A DNA stretch of 63,701 nt, the filler included. It is 7 parts of 7 records of this genome, joined end to end, with 100 filler letters (N's around TTAATTAATTAA, not from the genome) between each part and the next. Parts side by side here need not be neighbours in the genome. Positions count along the whole stretch, not along the records: positions 54,075 to 63,701 come from SRR31147125_26131; 6 more parts are not named here. One strand, written 5' to 3'. The notes under the pieces are model-generated. The model saw nothing but the letters and a program-made list of their open reading frames with translations, had not been told where the DNA came from and did no database searches. Shown piece after piece: positions 62,027 to 63,701 of the stretch (its first letter is position 1; each line of letters begins with the position of its first letter). A program made the position numbers and the translations under genes.

Positions 62027-62902
62027 ATGAGTATAAAATATGCATACGAACAAAAAGAAGATTCAATCATAGTAAAAAACATTGACATAGACCTTGCAAA
62101 TACTCTTTTTTCAGGTCAGTCCTTCAGGTGGAAGCAGCACGGAAAAGGCTTTATTGGTGTGTGCTACGAAAAAGTAATTTTTGTCGAAAAAGAAAACGAT
62201 AATCTTATTCTTAAAAATACAAATATGGAATTTTTCTATAGCACAATGGCTCAATACTTTGATCTACATAAAGACTACACTAAAATACTAGCCGACTTCG
62301 AGGGCGACGAATACTTCTTAAAAAGCAAAGAATACGCACCAGGTATAAGAGTTTTAAACCAACAACCGTTTGAAACATTGATCTCGTTTATAATAAGTGC
62401 AAACAATAATATAAAAAGAATAAGACTTATAATAGATAGAATATGCACAAAATGCGGAAACAAAATCACATACAATAACGCAACCTACTATGCTTTTCCA
62501 ACGCCTAAACAGCTATCAAGATTATCCGAGCAAGACTTAAAAGATTTAGGTTGTGGCTACAGAGCATCCTATATATACGAGACATGCAAGGCTGTAAACA
62601 GCGGTTTTAATTTAAATCATATCCAAAAACTCCCGTATCTTACAGCTCGAAAAGAACTATGCAAACTAAAAGGAGTAGGCAACAAAGTAGCCGATTGCAT
62701 CCTACTATATTCATTAGGCTTCACAAACGCATTCCCAATGGACGTATGGATAAAAAGAGTACTTCGCAGCCTATATGGATTTGAATCTACTAAAGACAGC
62801 GATATACTAAGTTTTGTCGAAAACAAATTTGGAAAACACGCTGGCATAGCACAACAATATCTATTCTACTACGTAAAAGAAAACAAAATAGGCGTAAATT
62901 AA
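62027..62902 (+). CDS. 8-oxoguanine DNA glycosylase (OGG1-like HhH-GPD)
   Basis: TLFSGQSFRW, FETLISFIISANNNIKRI, GCGYRA, LKGVGNKVADC, FPMDVW, AGIAQQYLF. Confidence 0.9.
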   Translation: MSIKYAYEQKEDSIIVKNIDIDLANTLFSGQSFRWKQHGKGFIGVCYEKVIFVEKENDNLILKNTNMEFFYSTMAQYFDLHKDYTKILADFEGDEYFLKSKEYAPGIRVLNQQPFETLISFIISANNNIKRIRLIIDRICTKCGNKITYNNATYYAFPTPKQLSRLSEQDLKDLGCGYRASYIYETCKAVNSGFNLNHIQKLPYLTARKELCKLKGVGNKVADCILLYSLGFTNAFPMDVWIKRVLRSLYGFESTKDSDILSFVENKFGKHAGIAQQYLFYYVKENKIGVN

Positions 62903-63015
62903 CGTTTCCAAAAATAAATATAGTTTATCAAAATTCTCCAAATCCCAAAGCAAAAAAATACCCTCACTACAAAAGCAAGGATATTGTTTTAATTAATCTA
63001 TTATACGTATATATT

Positions 63016-63701
63016 TTACTTCTTCCTACCACAAAAATCAGTACCGTCAAAACAGTTAAGATAATCTTCAACATCTTCACCTTTAACTACATAATTATAG
63101 GCTTTAGTAACAGTACATTTCGCATAATCCAACGCCTTAATTACATCAGAAACAAAATCCGCATACTCTTTTTCGGTAAAAACTTCCCAATTATTCTCGT
63201 CTTTATAAACAAGTGCCATAGGATCAAATTTCAAAAGCGGCTTAGTAAGTTTCGAAACAAGGGCATACTGTATGCTAGGGTTTTTAGTTCTAATCTTAAA
63301 ATCACAAAAATCATTTTTGCATTTTTCAATCATCTCTTTAGTAAGCTCTTGCTTATAAAGCCTATTTGCTATATCGATATAAAAATCCAAAATAGCATCA
63401 GATAGTTTAAAATCAAATATATCTTCCATATTAAAATCACAAGTTTTCTTGCCTTGCGTATCAGTCAAAAACTGCTTACCCATCATAAATTCAATTTCAT
63501 GATGTTTTGTCTCGTCATTATTTGATTTTTTATAAACAAAAGGATGAATCTGTTTATCAGCAGCATAGTGAACTATATATCCTAAAAAATAAGCCAACAA
63601 CGAATCATCCCTGTTATTCTTGATGTATTCAATTGATTCCTTAAAAAAATCAGTAACATTTTCAGAGTGCAGCCTATTCCCAAACTCAGGCAAGTTTTTT
63701 T
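63016..63701 (-). CDS. Zinc-dependent phospholipase C-like protein, 5'-truncated
   Basis: GNRLH, AYFLGYIVHYAADKQIHPFV, HHEIE. Confidence 0.7.
   Translation of the reverse strand, partial: KNLPEFGNRLHSENVTDFFKESIEYIKNNRDDSLLAYFLGYIVHYAADKQIHPFVYKKSNNDETKHHEIEFMMGKQFLTDTQGKKTCDFNMEDIFDFKLSDAILDFYIDIANRLYKQELTKEMIEKCKNDFCDFKIRTKNPSIQYALVSKLTKPLLKFDPMALVYKDENNWEVFTEKEYADFVSDVIKALDYAKCTVTKAYNYVVKGEDVEDYLNCFDGTDFCGRKK

Overview
This window is not one contiguous locus. It is seven contigs joined by six artificial 100-nt linkers (N44-TTAATTAATTAA-N44), and the contigs come from several organisms. (1) 1-13035: low-GC clostridial-type polysaccharide loci plus surE and an HI0933-family flavoprotein. 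(2) 13136-21816: a diderm anaerobe with a DnaE2-type polymerase, adenosine deaminase, a beta-barrel protein and AmgK/MurU-like genes. (3) 21917-35943: a deltaproteobacterial/Myxococcota-like type IV pilus cluster, divergent from a double-cubane cluster protein (DCCP) and its activator. (4) 36044-41946: GH88/105 lipoprotein, surface lipase and FadL. (5) 42047-48665: PFOR end, asnS, GT2, cupin, aconitase. (6) 48766-53974: a GC-rich firmicute contig with a glycyl-radical activase, a fused and active-site-divergent glutamate-mutase-like E+S enzyme, a GlmL reactivase and GTAG REP elements. (7) 54075-63701: tRNA-Glu fragment, hinT, rpsU, a lysine-riboswitch-controlled asd-dapA-dapB operon in which DapB carries aspartokinase-type ACT domains, then rlmB, a NYN nuclease and an OGG glycosylase. 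About nine genes carry 1-nt indels in short base runs, most likely sequencing errors. The strongest candidate for an undescribed system is the B12 mutase locus on contig 6. It keeps the carboxylate-binding arginine claw but lacks the amino-group-binding Glu171, which suggests a radical rearrangement of a substrate other than glutamate, possibly coupled to a glycyl radical enzyme. All homology calls were made by eye from recalled motifs; no database searches were run.
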